Below, in pieces: positions 1-14,399 of a DNA stretch of 64,000 bases (positions are counted from its first letter, which is position 1; each line of letters opens with the position of its first letter). Origin of the DNA: Eledone cirrhosa (lineage: Eukaryota). Both the position numbers and the translations under genes were made by a program. The DNA lies in the NCBI GenBank assembly GCA_964016885.1, contig OZ024740.1, forward strand, positions 238,080,001 through 238,144,000. Direction: 5' to 3'. The notes below the pieces were generated by a model that saw only the letters and a program-made list of their open reading frames with translations, was not told the origin of the DNA and did not search any database.

Positions 1-603
1 TATTTAAAACCTTATCCTCGTTTTTCTAAAATAACAATCTCTCGTTTGTTTAATTTTGGCCGAAATTTTCCAGGATTCATAAAAATGGCCTCCCTCGTTC
101 CTCTTAATCTCTAACCCCCCCCCCCCCCCCCTCTTTATCACAAACGTGCCTGCTTGCCTCTCTCGATCACTCCCTACTCGCACCAAATATAAATAAACCT
201 GTTACGAGGTACGAATCTCAGAATTTGTCAACTCTTATTAATGGTCAGGCCACTTATACGAAATGTAAAAATACCATTTTCTTCTTGTCTCCCCATCCTT
301 CGGTTCATTCATCCATATATCTGTATAATCGCCCAGAATCCAATCTTGCTTTCTCAATGCTATTCTATAATTCTGTCTGGTTGTTCTAAATAATCTTGTG
401 TATTTTAGAATCCCAGTATATCGCTTATTACTGTTATATGCTTGTCGAATTATGCCCAAAAGTCGAGGATTTTATTTAAAACCTTATCCTCGCTAACTAC
501 CCCATACCCCTCCCCACTCACCACCATTATTATTTGGACCAATCATAAGTCAGCGGCCTATGCTATCACTTCTCCTGGTTGATTTTCGATATGATGGATG
601 GAC

Positions 604-2160
604 TAAGGAATTAGGTGTTGATGAATGGCTTGTGAGAGCTATACAAGCCATGTATAAAGAAACAGTCAGCAAGGTTAGAATTAACAACGAATATAGTGAA
701 GAGTTTAGCATAAAGGTTGGTGTTCATCAGGGCTCCGTTCTTAGCCCCCTACTATTTATTATTGCCCTTCAGGCTATAACAGAGGAGTTCAAGACCGGCT
801 GCCCATGGGAACTCTTATACGCAGATAATCTAACGCTCATAGCTGAATCAATGGCTGAACTAGAGAAGAAATTCCAAACATGGGAGCATGGCCTAGAATC
901 AAAAGGCCTTCAAATTAACCTGTCTAAGACTAAAGTTCTAGTTTGTAGGAAGGAAAATAGGGCACCGGTCTCATCCGGGAAATGGCCATGCTCAGTGTGT
1001 AGGAAAGGAGTAGGCAGAAACTCCATTTTATGTCCCAAATGCAAAGTATGGGTGCATAAAAGATCACAGGTAAGCTAACTAAGAATATAGATTTTATATG
1101 TGGCCGGTGCTCTGGTGCAATAAGTAGCAGCAAGTGCCCACAGAATACTAGCTCATTCCATTGCACAGATGGTTCTATAGAAATAGTGGACACCTTCCGT
1201 TACTTGGGTGACAAAATCAGCAGTGGTGGAGGGTGCTCTGAAAGTACAGTAGCTAGAGTCAGAACTGGATGGAAAAAGTTCAGAGAGATTATACCACTAT
1301 TAGCCGCTAAAGGGTTCTCTCTAAAAATGAAAGGCAGGCTGTATGATGCCTGCATACGAACAGCAATGTTACATGGCAGTGAGACCTGGGCATTGTGTGC
1401 AGAGGATATACGCAGACTGGAGAGGAACGAAGCTTGCATGCTCCGCTTGATGTGTAATAGTAATATACGTGAACGGCAAAGCATAAACGAACTAAGGGAA
1501 AAATTAGGAATAAGAGGGATCAGATGTTGTTTACTCGAGAGAAGACTACGTTGGTACGGTCACGTGATGCGCATGAAAGACGACAGCTGTATAAAAAAAG
1601 TGCAGGGCAATAAAAATAGACGGTAGCCACGGAGTAGGCGGACCCAGAAAAACCTGGGACGACTTGATAAATTCCGACCTCATACACTTACACCTCTCCA
1701 AGACAATGTCACTGGACCGAGATCTTTGGTGCTACACAGTAATACAGAAGACCCGCCTTACCTAAGTACAAAGTGAAACCTACAGTCAGTAGGCACCTCT
1801 AACAAAAATACACCCATCCCACTACCCCCACCCCATCCACACCACCCCTTTCAATGTAAAGTTATGTTGGTACCACAACATCCAGTCCGAAACAAATGAT
1901 GTTGTGTAGGTCTCACGACAAAAAAACACACAGTCCACGCTATAATGTGGCCGTGTAGGTAACACGGTAAAAACCTCCCAGTCCACACTGTAAACGTGGT
2001 TGGTGTTAGGAAGGGCATCCAGCCGTAATAAACCCGCCAGACAGTCCTATGCGAGCAAGACAACCACTCTTGCCTCAAGTGGGAAAACTCCCGTCCAAAC
2101 CCATGCAAGCGTGGAAGATGGACGTTAAACGATGATGATGATGATGATGATGATGATGAT
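604..2160 (+). mobile_element. 5'-truncated RTE-clade LINE (RT with PHD-like insert, frameshifted; 3'UTR; (GAT)n tail)
   Basis: ORFs 560-1078 and 1186-1626 give GVHQGSVLSPLLF, LLYADN, FRYLG and RRLRWYGHVMR motifs; ends in GACGTTAAAC(GAT)n. Confidence 0.9.
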
Positions 2161-2391
2161 ATAAAAAAAATAGAGGTGTGACACACGAGTTGTGATATAT
2201 TAGTAAAAAGGAAAAGAAAATGCTGAAAAATAGTTTAATTAGGAATAAGTATAAATTACTAATAAGTATTGGCTAGTATTCAGTTTTAGTTTTAAGTATT
2301 TACCGGTTGCGCATTTCTAATGCTTTTCAAAAATAATTTTGAGATAGAGCGCTCGTGATGTTTGCTCTAATCTAATATATATATATATATA

Positions 2392-2560
2392 TTGCTCAGG
2401 GAAACAACACATCAATTCTCAGACCAGGTGATGTGTTGTTTCCCTGAGCAAGACACTTTATTTCACATTGCTCCAGTTTACTCAGCTGTAGAAATGAGAT
2501 GATAGGGACTAGGGTCCCTATCATTCCACTGTAAAGTGGATGTGTAGGCGCCACGGAAAA
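2392..2560 (+). mobile_element. partial tRNA-derived SINE (family B, V-domain-like)
   Basis: matches the body of 34294-34640 (TGTTGTTTCCCTGAGCAAGACACTTTATTTCACATTGCTCC). Confidence 0.7.
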
Positions 2561-3072
2561 AAAACACCTAAAACTTGAGTTTTAGGGGCAAACAATAAAG
2601 GAGTTGACGACCCCAGTAATCATCAAACTTCTGCCCACCACTGTTTATGCCAGACATACTTATTCCATGAACACAGATTTTGATAACATCTTTCAACACA
2701 AATATCAACACAACCTTATTACTTTTTATGGTTCACTAGACATATCAAAGAGACAGACATATGCTTTATACTTTTTCTTCCTTCCCACAACAGCATTCCT
2801 CTGGAATTTCTGTGTTCTCTCTTTTTCCTACAAACACTGATAGTCTCTTCATAGTCAATCAACCTGCAAGACATATGAGGCAAATCTCTCTGAAATTAAA
2901 GAAAAAATATATTAGATAATGTTATACTTTGGGAGGGTCATGTTGCCAATAAGAAACACACGCACCAGTTGCTTTCACTTCAATTTATTATAATAAATTT
3001 ATAATAAATTTATAAATTTATAAATTTCTGGTTGGTTGGTTGGTTCCACAACCAGATAGTTGTTTATATATT

Positions 3073-3115
3073 GTCATAGTTCTTTCGTCACACACTCTGT
3101 GACCTCTTCAGTGAC
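3073..3115 (-). ncRNA. minimal type I hammerhead ribozyme in Penelope pseudo-LTR
   Basis: minus strand GUCA-CUGAAGA-G-GUCAC(AGAGUGU)GUGAC-GAAA-G(AA)C-UA-UGAC. Confidence 0.7.
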
Positions 3116-3358
3116 TGGGGATTCCTTTCTTTGTTTCTGTGCCTCTCCTTTGTTCTGTCCTACGCCATTTTGTTTCTGTGTGTGTGTTGTGTGCTCAGTC
3201 TGCGCATGCACCACATCCGGGTGTCTGTGTGTGTTTATGTTCATTTATTTATTTGTTTATTTACATGTTACTGGTTGGTTGTTTGTTCTGTGTGTGTGTG
3301 TTTTCATTCTGTCCTTAGTTGTAAGTTGTGATGTTGCTGTTCCACTCATATTTTCTAT

Positions 3359-3868
3359 TTAATTTTGGTTGTAATTCTTTTTTTTTTTTTTTTTTTTTTT
3401 TATGTTTATTGCCTCTGTAATTTGTCTAAACATTGCGTCTTTTCTGTGTGTAGATTCTATTTTTATTTCTATGTTCTCTAATTTACCCTTGTGTTCTATT
3501 TTAGCATGTTGGTAGAGTACAGATGATTCTTTACTATCTTGAAGGTCTCGCCAGTGTTCATTTATCCGTTCTCCTACACTACGAGCTGTCTCACCTATGT
3601 ACACTATATTTTTGTCTCTACATTGTCCTTCGGTACATCTTATGCTATACACTACATTTCTAGTTTTGCAGTTAATATGAGGGCTTATTTTACAGGTTAT
3701 ACATTTTTTATCTATACATGAGGGTCTTTGAAAAGGGTATGTCTTGCTAATAAGTGTTTTTACGGAGGTACCTGGTCTTTCTACTATCTTAATATTGAGT
3801 TTATGTTTGTTTAGGGCCCTTCTAAATTTGTAAGCTAATTCCCCTCTAGGGGTTGTATCGATGAACAT
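3359..3868 (-). pseudogene. Penelope-like GIY-YIG endonuclease fragment
   Basis: Cys-rich linker, NCKTRNVVYSIRC...VYIGETARSVGERINEH...RQITEAINI; C-terminus runs into a poly(A) tract. Confidence 0.85.
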
Positions 3869-4350
3869 TACACTCTGGTATTTATTGCTATCATACCATG
3901 AGTTTATTCTATTAGCCTTGTTCCTAGTTCTTTCTATTCTATTCCAAAATATTAGATAATGTAATGCTACATACTTCTTTAAAAAGACGGAATGGTCATA
4001 ACTGGAATGCCATGATTCAATATGTCTTTCAATCAGGGTTGATCAAAAGCTATCTAACAACATTGAATCTATTTACATAAAAACATCTTTGGTATAAAGT
4101 CTAATAAGATGTTAACCCCTTGTTGGTCTTCATGTTTTAGCTGTAATGGAAGAAAGAATTCCTGCTTTCTCACTTCATAATGTGGTAGAACTCTTTATAT
4201 TTGCTATCATTCCATTAATTTTCTGTGAAACTCTATCTAACTAAACCTCTATATTTCCATATATATATATACGTGTTTTGTAACATTGTGTTATTTCAAT
4301 TATCTTAAGCAGCCAAGAAACTGATCTTTTAAGACACTCTTAGAAAAATG

Positions 4351-4614
4351 GTAACAACAACATCAACAATGATGATGTCAGCAACAGCAACAACAACAAC
4401 AACAGCAGCAACAGCAACAACAACAACAACAACAACAACAACAGCAACAGCAACAACAACAACAACAACAATGATGAAGACAGAAACAGCAACAACAACA
4501 ACAACAGCAACAACAACAACAACAACAATGATGATATCAGCAACAGCAACAACAACAACAATGATGATGTCAGCAACAGCAACAACAACAACAGCAATGA
4601 TGAAGACAGAAGCC

Positions 4615-4662
<48 letters not shown>

Positions 4663-4683
4663 GCAATGATGAAGACAGAAGCC

Positions 4684-4719
<36 letters not shown>

Positions 4720-4794
4720 GCAGCAATGATGAATACAGAAGCCACAACAACAACAACAACAACAACAACAACATCAATGATGAATACAGAAGCC

Positions 4795-4827
<33 letters not shown>

Positions 4828-5045
4828 GCAATGATGAAGACAGAAGCCACAACAACAACAACAGCAATGATGAAGACAGAAGCCACAACAACAACAACAA
4901 CAACAGCAATGATGAAGACAGAAGCCACAACAACAACAACAACAACAACAACAACATCAACAATGATGAAGACAGAAGCCACAACAACAACAACAGCAAT
5001 GATGAAGACAGAAGCCACAACAACAACAACAACAACAACAACAAT
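4351..5045. repeat. (ACA)n compound minisatellite with recurring GCAATGATGAAGACAGAAGCC spacer
   Basis: direct reading; explains the poly-T/V/L ORFs. Confidence 0.95.
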
Positions 5046-5156
5046 AATGATATTCTTTCATTCCTACATCCGGATATTTACCGATAAATCAATAATGGCA
5101 GATATTGCATTTATCGAATGACAATACCCAATATTAATTACTTAAGGGATAAACAG

Positions 5157-5305
5157 GATGATCATCATCCTCATCATTATCATCATCATCACCATCATCA
5201 TCATCATCTTCACAAAAATGATCATCATATTACAATGATGTCGGTGAGATAATGATAATGATGATGATGAAAATATGATGACGATAACTACGTCAATAGC
5301 AATAC

Positions 5306-5349
<44 letters not shown>

Positions 5350-5350
5350 A
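5157..5350. repeat. (CAT)n/(GAT)n microsatellites
   Basis: direct reading. Confidence 0.9.
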
Positions 5351-6544
5351 TAAGGAAAAGAAGAAAGACTACAATGATGAGAATAATTATGGTAAGGAAG
5401 ATGAACTGAGTATGCTGAATACCATTGCTAGCCTGTATTTAGACTGATCACTACACAGTACTTGCTCAACCTGCTAGAAATAGCTGCTAAATCTCCTTCA
5501 AATCGGACCATACCATTTTAAATAAAGGGAAAACAGGTCAAATAATGTTATCCAAGACATGCCCACGAAATGACATGTGAGTCATGGCTGTAATGCCATT
5601 AGCCATAGTTCTGCTAAATCAGGATTGATCTGATGCTAAACAACCCATATACATTTCCTAGCTTGTATCACTACCCTATGCTTTCGTCCATAAGTAGTTG
5701 ATGTATGACAACGCTGAAGTGGAGAAGAATCCATGATACACCTCACCTATACTTAGAGATAAACAAATGAATCTGGAGATATATAAAAAGAAAACACTAA
5801 ATGTACCTTACTTACATCATCAGATCGTAGACGAAGAGCCAATTGGTCACAGTGAATGTGCAGATGAACTATGGACAGAACATGATTACACCAGATGGAC
5901 TAGTGATAAGAAACTCTCAGGAGATCTGGACAGCAGAAGATATTCAGAGGAGAAACCCCCCTCCCCCATTCTCAAGCAAGTGTTTTGACCCTTAACTTCT
6001 TACACTCTAAGGCGGGTGGGCCACATCCAGGTCATGACTCCCGGGTGCCCTTCTGCTGACATTTAACCATTTAGATATCGAAGATGTGTGTATTTAAACT
6101 GTATGGTGATTTTGTTGACAGGATCTAGCAGAAATTTCTCTCAGTTGTCTCTGCTTTCAAACTTATGTTCAAATGCTTTCTTGAGTTTGGAAAAATAACG
6201 TTAGTAGTGGTGAGACGTCAACCACCACCAACAATAACAACAACACTACAACCACGACTTACTCAGAATTACTTCCCCTAGCATATGCTAAACTACAACA
6301 AACACGGTGCCCACAAACGGTATGGAGGTCGTTTTTGTTCCTCCTTGACCAAATCCAGCTGGAACTCCTTTCTACTGCCTCTAATATTGCCTTAAGGGCT
6401 GTGGTCCTCATCTTCCCAAAGACTGAAAGTTATTTCATGAAATTGTATGCAGAACAAAGCCTCTGGTTCCCTCTGGTTCCAACATATATGGTGAGAACTC
6501 TAACCTGGAAGTCAGCTTCCATCAGGCTGTTGGCCAAACTGTCT

Positions 6545-6962
6545 AGATGAACCATGAATACACCTTACATCAGATAATGGACTAATGTCACAGTAGATGT
6601 CCAGATGGACATATTATAGTTGCACCAGATGATGGAATAGTATCCAATTGGTCACAATGTATGTCCAGATAAACCATAAGCACACCATACCTGCACAAGA
6701 TGATGGATTAGTGTCCAGTTAGTCACAGTGAATGTCCAGATGAACTATGGACACATCACACCAACACAAGATGATGGACCAGTGCCCATTTAATAACAAT
6801 AGGTATCTAAATGGACATACTATAGCTATATTGGATGATAGACTAATGTTCAAATGGTCACAGTATATGTTCAGATGACCCATAGATATATCATAGCTAC
6901 ACCAAATGATGGACTAATGACCAATTTGTCACAGTAGATGTCCAAATGAACTATGGACACAC
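6545..6962. repeat. degenerate ~60-bp tandem repeat (another unit at ~5815-5905)
   Basis: recurrent GTCACAGT.GATGTCCAGATGAAC.ATGGAC and CCAGATGATGGACTA. Confidence 0.7.
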
Positions 6963-6970
6963 AGTTAAAT

Positions 6971-7421
6971 CAGGTGTCTCAAATATATGGCCCAGGGGCT
7001 GCATGTGGCCCTCAAACTACTTTCTATGGCCCACAGCAGAACAATTTTTGTGACTAATATATTCTGAAAACTTGGAAAATTGTCCCAGCTTTAAGAATAT
7101 TTATAGTACAATTTATTGCATTATACTCATGAAATACAAGGAAATGGATAAAATGGAATTTATCAAAAATGAAAATGGAAAAGGAGGAATTTACCAGAAG
7201 TAAAAAAGGAATTAAGGAAAATTTGTCTCTCTATATTTTGTACTAATTCACATATCCCACTTATGCATATTCGTTTTGATGATAAAAAAATAGCATCCTA
7301 TCAGCTGTATTGCATTATAACTGGTGGAAATCACACTCCCCACCAACCTCATCTCATTTGTAGACCACTTGTACTTCTCCCCCAGGATGTAATTACCCTC
7401 TTGAATTTTTGAGTTTGAGAC
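6971..7421. mobile_element. possible degraded hAT-type MITE
   Basis: CAGGTGTCTCAAA...GGCCC...TGTGGCCC start; TTTGAGAC near 7415 as a partial inverted end. Confidence 0.4.
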
Positions 7422-7434
7422 TTTTGTTCTAACT

Positions 7435-8190
7435 AAAGTATGTACCTCAAATAGAAGAATGTTGAAGGATATATTGCAGAAAGAGGAATGTACCCCAAAC
7501 TGAACTATGTACCTCAGGCTAACGAATGTAGACCAAACTCAACTATATATTTCAGTCAGGGGAAAGCAACCCAAACTGAAGCTTGTATTTTATATACAAA
7601 AATATCTCAAAATGACGTATTTTCTTCATACAGAGGAAGCAAATTCAAATTAAAAAAATAACATATTTCACACAGAAGAAGACATCTCAAATGTGGCATG
7701 TACCTGAGGCATTCACCTATATAGTTCAGACAGAAGAATATACCACAGACTGTAATATGTATTTCACAGATAAGAATATACACAAAATTATAGCAAGTAC
7801 TTCCTTGAATATTCCCAGCTCACAAATTGCTTCATCTCTTCATGTTTTATTTCATCTGCCCCCAGAATTCCCAAATACTTATACCCCTGTTTTTTCTCAA
7901 TTGATTTCATTGTTTGTCTATTTGGAATTTCAATGTAGGTGCAAGAATGTCGAATATGTACCCCCACACAATAGAATGTCTTTTAGACTAAAATATAAAC
8001 CCAATACAGTAGAATATATTTCAAACATTAGTATGCACCCCATACAGAAGAATATATTTCAAAACATATTATGTACCTCACATTGTAATGTCTTTCAAGC
8101 CACAAAATGTACCTCATACCAAAAAAAATGCATTTGAAACCATGGAATAGTAAAATTAGACCCCAAATTTTAAGCCAAAATGCACTTCAG
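7435..8190. repeat. highly degenerate ~35-bp repeat (ATGTACCTCA core)
   Basis: recurrent ATGTACC(T/C)CA and CAGAAGAAT motifs. Confidence 0.5.
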
Positions 8191-8810
8191 ATGAAACATG
8201 TTAAATGGTAAAACCATGAAAACATGTCGCTTAGTGGTGTTGCACTCATGATCATGAAGTCATGAATTCAATTCCTCAACTGAGTGGTGCATTGTATTCT
8301 TAAGCAAGATACTTTTATGATTTTATATTGCGGCCCCTATCATTAAAATGTTCAAGAAACCTCTGATGAGATACAACTATGCTAAACTTGTATAGGTGTG
8401 AGCTGTAAATTATTTTTTTTATTCATTTTTTATAGAATGAAATTCCTAAAATACTGTCCCCAGTAGATATGTATTCAATATCAATGTGACCTTAGGTGAA
8501 CAGAAAAACATGACAAATAAAAATATATTCAATATGACTAACATATCCATATTAATCAGGAAGATATTTCATTAATCAGTTGGTTGCTTTGACAACTGAT
8601 ATCACATATACATAGTAACTGTTGAAATACATCATAAACCAGCATAAATTTTATTGGAGTATTTTATTATACAAATAACTTAAATAAAAAGTATAAACTA
8701 TATCAAATATTTTCCATGGCTGTCTTGATCAAATTACATCTCACATGATGTTTTTACACCTAAATATTGATAAACTGAATTATTGTCATTACATTGTCGT
8801 TATGTTGATG

Positions 8811-8851
<41 letters not shown>

Positions 8852-9048
8852 TGAGTCTCAGTTATCAATGTTATTTAACTGGAAAGTTTGTTGAAATGAA
8901 TATCAAGCCGCTACCTGCAGCCTCAGATATTCAGGACATATCGGAAGAGTCTTGCTGTTCCCAGCAAGAATGGCTTTTGAAGTGTTCCAAAAATAATAAT
9001 AATAATTATTATTATTATTATAATTATTATTATTATTATTATTATTAT

Positions 9049-9976
9049 TAGTGCTGGGACAGCAAGCAGCAAACAGCCACAGGTACAAGTACCACCAATC
9101 TCTGGGAGGGCTCTGTAGAAACAGTAGACAGCTTCTGCTACCTAGGTGACCAAATTAGCAGCGGAGGCGGGTGTTAAGAAAGTACAATAACTAGGGTAAG
9201 AATGGGATGGAAGAAGTTCAGGGAGCTACTGCCACTGCTAGCTGCAAAAGGCTTTTCCCTCAAAATGAAAGGCAGACTGTATGATGCGTGTATACAAACA
9301 GAAATGTTACATGGTAGTGAGACCTGGGCGTTGAAGGTGGAAGACTTACGTAGATTAGAAAGAAACGAAGCCTGCATGCTCCGATGGATGTGTAATAGTT
9401 AAATACGCGAACGGCAAAGCATAAATGAATTGAGAGAGAGACTGAGCATAAGAGGAATCAAATGCTGGGTGCAAGAGAGATGGTTGCATTGGTATGGACA
9501 TGTGATGCGTATGAAGGATGAAAGCTGTATAAAAAGGTGCAGAGCACTAGAAGTCAATGGTAACCGCGGAGTGGGGAGACCCAAGATGACCTGGGATCAG
9601 GTGATAAAAGCCGACCTTACCCAATTACACCTCTCAAAGGTGATGACACACGACCGTGACCTCTGGCGTCACACAGTATTATAGAGTACCCAACCTCCCA
9701 TGGGTACAAGCCGAAGCTGAAGCATATAGACAATATGCTCCACACCCTCCCACTGCAAAGTGGTCGTGGAGGTGCCATGGCAAAAAAGCACCCAGCACTT
9801 ACTGTAAATGAGGTTGGTGTCAGGAAAGGCATCCAGCTGTAGAAATCAAGCCAAAATCAGTTCCTGTATGAGCAAGACAAGGTCAGCCGACCAGACACTG
9901 CCCACAACAGGACAACCCGTCTAACCCATGCTAGCGTGGAAGAACGGACATAAAACAGTGATGATGATGATGATGA
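9049..9976 (+). mobile_element. 5'-truncated RTE LINE, 3' end
   Basis: GWKKFRELLPLL...WYGHVMR; 3'UTR and (GAT)n tail shared with other copies. Confidence 0.9.
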
Positions 9977-9994
9977 TTATTATTATTATTATTC

Positions 9995-10395
9995 AGCATA
10001 GTTACGTCCCTGAACGATCTGAGTTCAAATTCCGCCGAGGTTGACTTTGCCTTTCATCCTACGGGGTCGATAAAATAAAGTACCAGTAATGCACTGGGTA
10101 ATTGCTGGCCTTGTGCCTAAAGTAGAAACAATTATTATTATTATTATCATTATTATTATTATTAAGGGCGGTGGATTGGCAGTATCAGTAGAGTATCAGG
10201 CAATATATTTTTGCGGCATAGAGTTATGGTCCTTCACGTTCTGAGTTCAAATCCGCTGAGGTTAGCTTTGCCTTTCATCCTAATAATAGGGTCGATAAAT
10301 AAAGCACCAGCAATGCACTAGGGTTGATTTAATCGATTTTCCCTTCCCCAAAAAATTGCTAGCCTTGTGCCTAAAGTAGAAACAATTATTATTAT
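9995..10395 (+). mobile_element. two tandem tRNA-derived SINEs (family A, Meta-domain-like), (ATT)n tails
   Basis: GAGTTCAAATC B-box; GACTTTGCCTTTCATCCT.CGGGGTCGATAAAATAAAGTACCAG core. Confidence 0.8.
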
Positions 10396-11559
10396 TGTTG
10401 TTATTGTTGTTTTCTTCGTTCATTTATTGACATGTATTACAGACTGCTCCCATAAGTTTGTTTGTTTTCACCCATTTAAATCGGTATTTTTTTGTTATAA
10501 TTTTCTGTTGCAAAGAGAGCACAAGGCATCAGAGTTTGCCCTCAAGAAAGGAGACCCCATAATATTTGAGCCTTTGGCCCAAATATCTGGATTTTAAAAT
10601 TCTATTGATATCCACAAAACTTTTGAAATAAGGAGGTTACATTCTCTCACACATCCAACCAGTGTGGCAATGACAGCAATTCAAACAGGACCCTGAAGAA
10701 TATAATAGTTATACCATCACGACCACCCCTATCACTACCATCACTATAGGCATCACTAACAAGGCCGCTATCACCACCACTGACAACAGCAGCATCTGCA
10801 CCAGTAATAACAACAACAGCAACAGCAACAGCAGCAAGAACAGTAACTGTGACAATGAGAAAGCACCTAGCCAACCAACAAACCTGAAAAGCACTTATTG
10901 ACCAGCCAACCAGTCACAACACGAGTTCCAGGAAAATGAAAGTTGTTGCCAGTAACATGAAAAGTACTCACACATAGCCAACCATTTCCTTCATAATGGC
11001 AGCAAAAATTGTAGAGAATTTAACCATTAAACAGGAAGATTTAACAGAAGCGAAGAAAATGGTAGAAAAGCAGGATCACAGGGTGAGCCTCAAACCACCA
11101 TACAATGTGATGGAAAACCAACTTCTTTGTACGATGACATATGGTACAATGGGAGCTAAATCATGTCAGATTAAGTGGGCTACCTACACACAAAACCTTT
11201 GAGTGGCATGTGGGCATACAAAACATGCATCACTTGAAGCAAACAATTTGAGTCAGTGGGTGTTTTATTTGCCACCCCATCCACCCACCCACCCAGTAAG
11301 CAAAATCACACACCATAGCTCCCCCCAGAAGTGATGAATTCACCCTCATGCCATCCTACTGCAACCAGAGATTGGTGAAAGTGAGGGTGATGCAGGTGCC
11401 ACCCGTGGTAGCCACTCCTAGGCTAATAGCAGCTGTTCTCACAGACATCAAGGACAAGACGACCATTCTAGAAGTCTATAAAATAAAGAGAGAAAACTAG
11501 TCCAGGTTGGGGATAGAACTACTTATCCCGAGGGACCAAATCAGCACTGAGGCCATCCC

Positions 11560-13520
11560 AATATTCTAGATCTTGTGGATGGTACACACCATCCCTCATC
11601 GATGAAAGACAGAAAGCCAAAATGCCATACTTGTCATATGCCTTTTCGTGGTCTACGTAGTAAACATACACCTTTTGGCAGTACTCCCACAATTTCTCAA
11701 AGACCTTCCACAGTGTGAATATTTGGTTGGCTGTGCTGTCTCTGATGTGAAAACCACACTGTTCATCAGCTAGCTTGGACTCAACAATCTCCTTACATCT
11801 ATTTGCCAGACACTTAGCATAGACTAGCATAGGGAGGTTTATCAAGGAGATCCCTCTATAATTGGAGCAATCTTTCTTGTCTCTCTTTCTGAAAATTGGG
11901 ATTATCACCCATGATTGTTATTGCTAAGGTGCCTTTCCAGAGATCCAGGCCACCTAGCACACACAAGTCATCTAGAGAATACCTTCTCTGTTTAAGGCTT
12001 TTAACATCTTGGGACAGATTTCATCTTCCCCAGACACCTTGTCACATTTGAGCTCTTTAATTGCTCTTGTGAACACAGCCTCCGAGAGATTAGTCATCGC
12101 TTCCAGATGTACCTCATGTACATCAGAAGATGCTGTTGCAACAGGGTTTAGGAGATCAGAAAAGTATTCTCTACTTTGTGAGGATGAACCTCTCAAAAGA
12201 CGAGAAACCCAGACATGTTCCTAAAAGCAGGTGTGAAGGAGGAATTCTTATTATGAAGTCAGTGGATGGTCTGCCCAAACACTTTATTTGTTGATCTGAA
12301 GTTAGATTCCTGCTTAACCCCAAAGTCCTCCCAAGTCTTAACTTTGGATGTTGTGATGTCTCTGTTGTGATTCTTTGTGCCTGCTTTTACCACAAGTGCA
12401 AGAAGGAGGTCTTATTTCCAAGCCAAGTTTTGTAGGCTTCGTTCTTTGCTCAGATGGTATATTTGACCTCTTGATTGAACCAAGGGCTCCTCTTGCCACC
12501 CAGCGTCACACCAAGCCATTTTTTCCTGCAGCATTTAATAGTTGAAGCAGAAAATGCTGATTTAAATAGTCTTTATTCTGTTTCAGCATCCTCAGTTTGC
12601 TCAGGGAGTTCTCTGAATTTGGATGCCATTGTATCTGCATACCTAGTCCCAACTTCCTTATCCACCAGTGATTCCTACTTTAACCTGTAGGTCACCCACT
12701 GGACCAGCCAGTTTTATGGGCTTCCTTGACTTTGGTTAGTCTCAAGTTGCAAATAACTAGATGGTGATCAGGTGACAGCTCAGCCCCTCTCTTAACATGA
12801 ACATCCATCACAGAATCAAAGAAATCAGAGACAATAACAAAATAAATTATTGATCTCTGTCCATGAGTTCCCTTATACCATGTATATTTATGGATGTCTT
12901 TGTGCTGGAAGGTGTTCATAATAGAGAGCCCATTGCTAGAACAGCTTAAAAAGGCCTCCCCATTCGTATTTAGATCAGGATCATCATTCCACCCAATCAC
13001 TCCTTTCTATGTAACATAGTCTGTGCCAATATGTGCATTGAAGTTTCCCATTAAGATTTATGATTCAGTCTTAACTATATATAATGCTGTGGTGACTTCA
13101 TCAAGGAAGGGTCTGTATTCGGACTCTTTGTTTGCTGCATAACCTTGCACCATCTACAGAGACCTACCAGTCTAAGCATCAAGAAGCAAATCTTCCCTCC
13201 TAATGGGATGCAGTCAGTAACACAATCTGACAGCTGGGGGCTTGTGAGTCTCCCCACTCTCACCTGTACAGTCATTTTTGGTGCCACACCTGAATAGCGG
13301 AATTCCCCTCCTGCATCCAAATCTACAGTACCAGAGCCACTAACTTTGTTGGGGAAACCTCAACTACATCTAATTGGTAGCATCTAGCCTCTTCCACTAG
13401 TTCCTGCTCTTTACCTGTAAGGATTGTGATGTTCCTGGTTCCAATGTTTATGGTTTGCTCCCTTTTGGAGCCTTGGAACACACAGCCTTTGTGAGTCCCT
13501 CCCATGAGAGGCCACAGGCC
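11560..13520 (-). pseudogene. degraded RTE-like LINE (APE endonuclease plus N-terminal RT)
   Basis: minus-strand fragments IGTRNI, HKYTWY...SPDHHLV, IIPIFRKRDKKDCSNYRGISL, QCGF. Confidence 0.8.
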
Positions 13521-14399
13521 CAGTGTCAGTTTTTACAACATTAGAGGAAGACTGCAATACATTTTTATAACAAGCCCCTCTACCTAAGGCATGAACATGT
13601 CCCTCATTAACCCACTCAAAGGAAAATACACTATGGATGCCTTTGTTGTGTCTAGCCATATTGCAGTGTTTTTGGTGGTCTTATTCTCAGTCACCAATCT
13701 GGTACTTTTCTCAGACCCTCAAAGATTAGGCTTTTTTAGAGGTGGCCTTTAGTCACCTCATCATAGCTACATCACTGGGTTGTGAGAATTTCCTTGGCTA
13801 CAGGTATCACCCATTGCTCCATCTCCCCTAGTAGTTTACTACTGTTGGTCCGGGGCTGCTTATTCATCTGGCAGGTACCCGCTTATATCACAACTAACCA
13901 TCTTGTGGCTGTATTGCCATCTGCCACCTGAAACCCATTGTCTAACAGAACAGCTCTGCCAAGAAATTATTACTATTATGCTGAGAAAAAGTGTCATTAG
14001 AAACCATCACTAAGGAAATAATTATTATTATTATTTCCTTAGTGATGGTTTGTTATGACGCAGATAACTGATGGTGTTTTGTTGAAAGTTTGAGAAAGCA
14101 AGTAACAATGCATGATACACACTCACACACAAGCACACAGAGAAAATATTTATATACATATAGTCAGTAAAACCAGAGTATTTACAGTTTATACCTTCTT
14201 TTTACAGATGTATGCACATTTAAAGCCAGAATTGAATACAAAATATAATGGATAAAATGCAACCTTTGGTCCATGGATGTGTTGCATACAAGAATCATCA
14301 TGGTTTGCTTTCCCAGAATTACATTTACAATACTCTTCACAAAATGTGGACAGTAGCAGTGAGTAAAATTTTCTGAATTTCTTTTATATAAGATTTACC

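Larger units (their letters stand above)
2918..3945 (-). mobile_element. Penelope-like element 3' fragment: GIY-YIG endonuclease plus pseudo-LTR
   Basis: GIY-YIG ORF followed downstream by a segment nearly identical to 53609-53857 that contains a hammerhead. Confidence 0.85.

Noticed and set aside
4329-5121. long poly-Thr/Val/Leu ORFs (mucin- or antifreeze-like)
   Set aside because: by-product of an (ACA)n minisatellite open in several frames; no splice or signal-peptide evidence
8359-8398. ACCT-CTGATGA...TAAACTTGTATAGGT hammerhead-like string
   Set aside because: GAAA is TAAA, stem II does not pair and stem I is out of register
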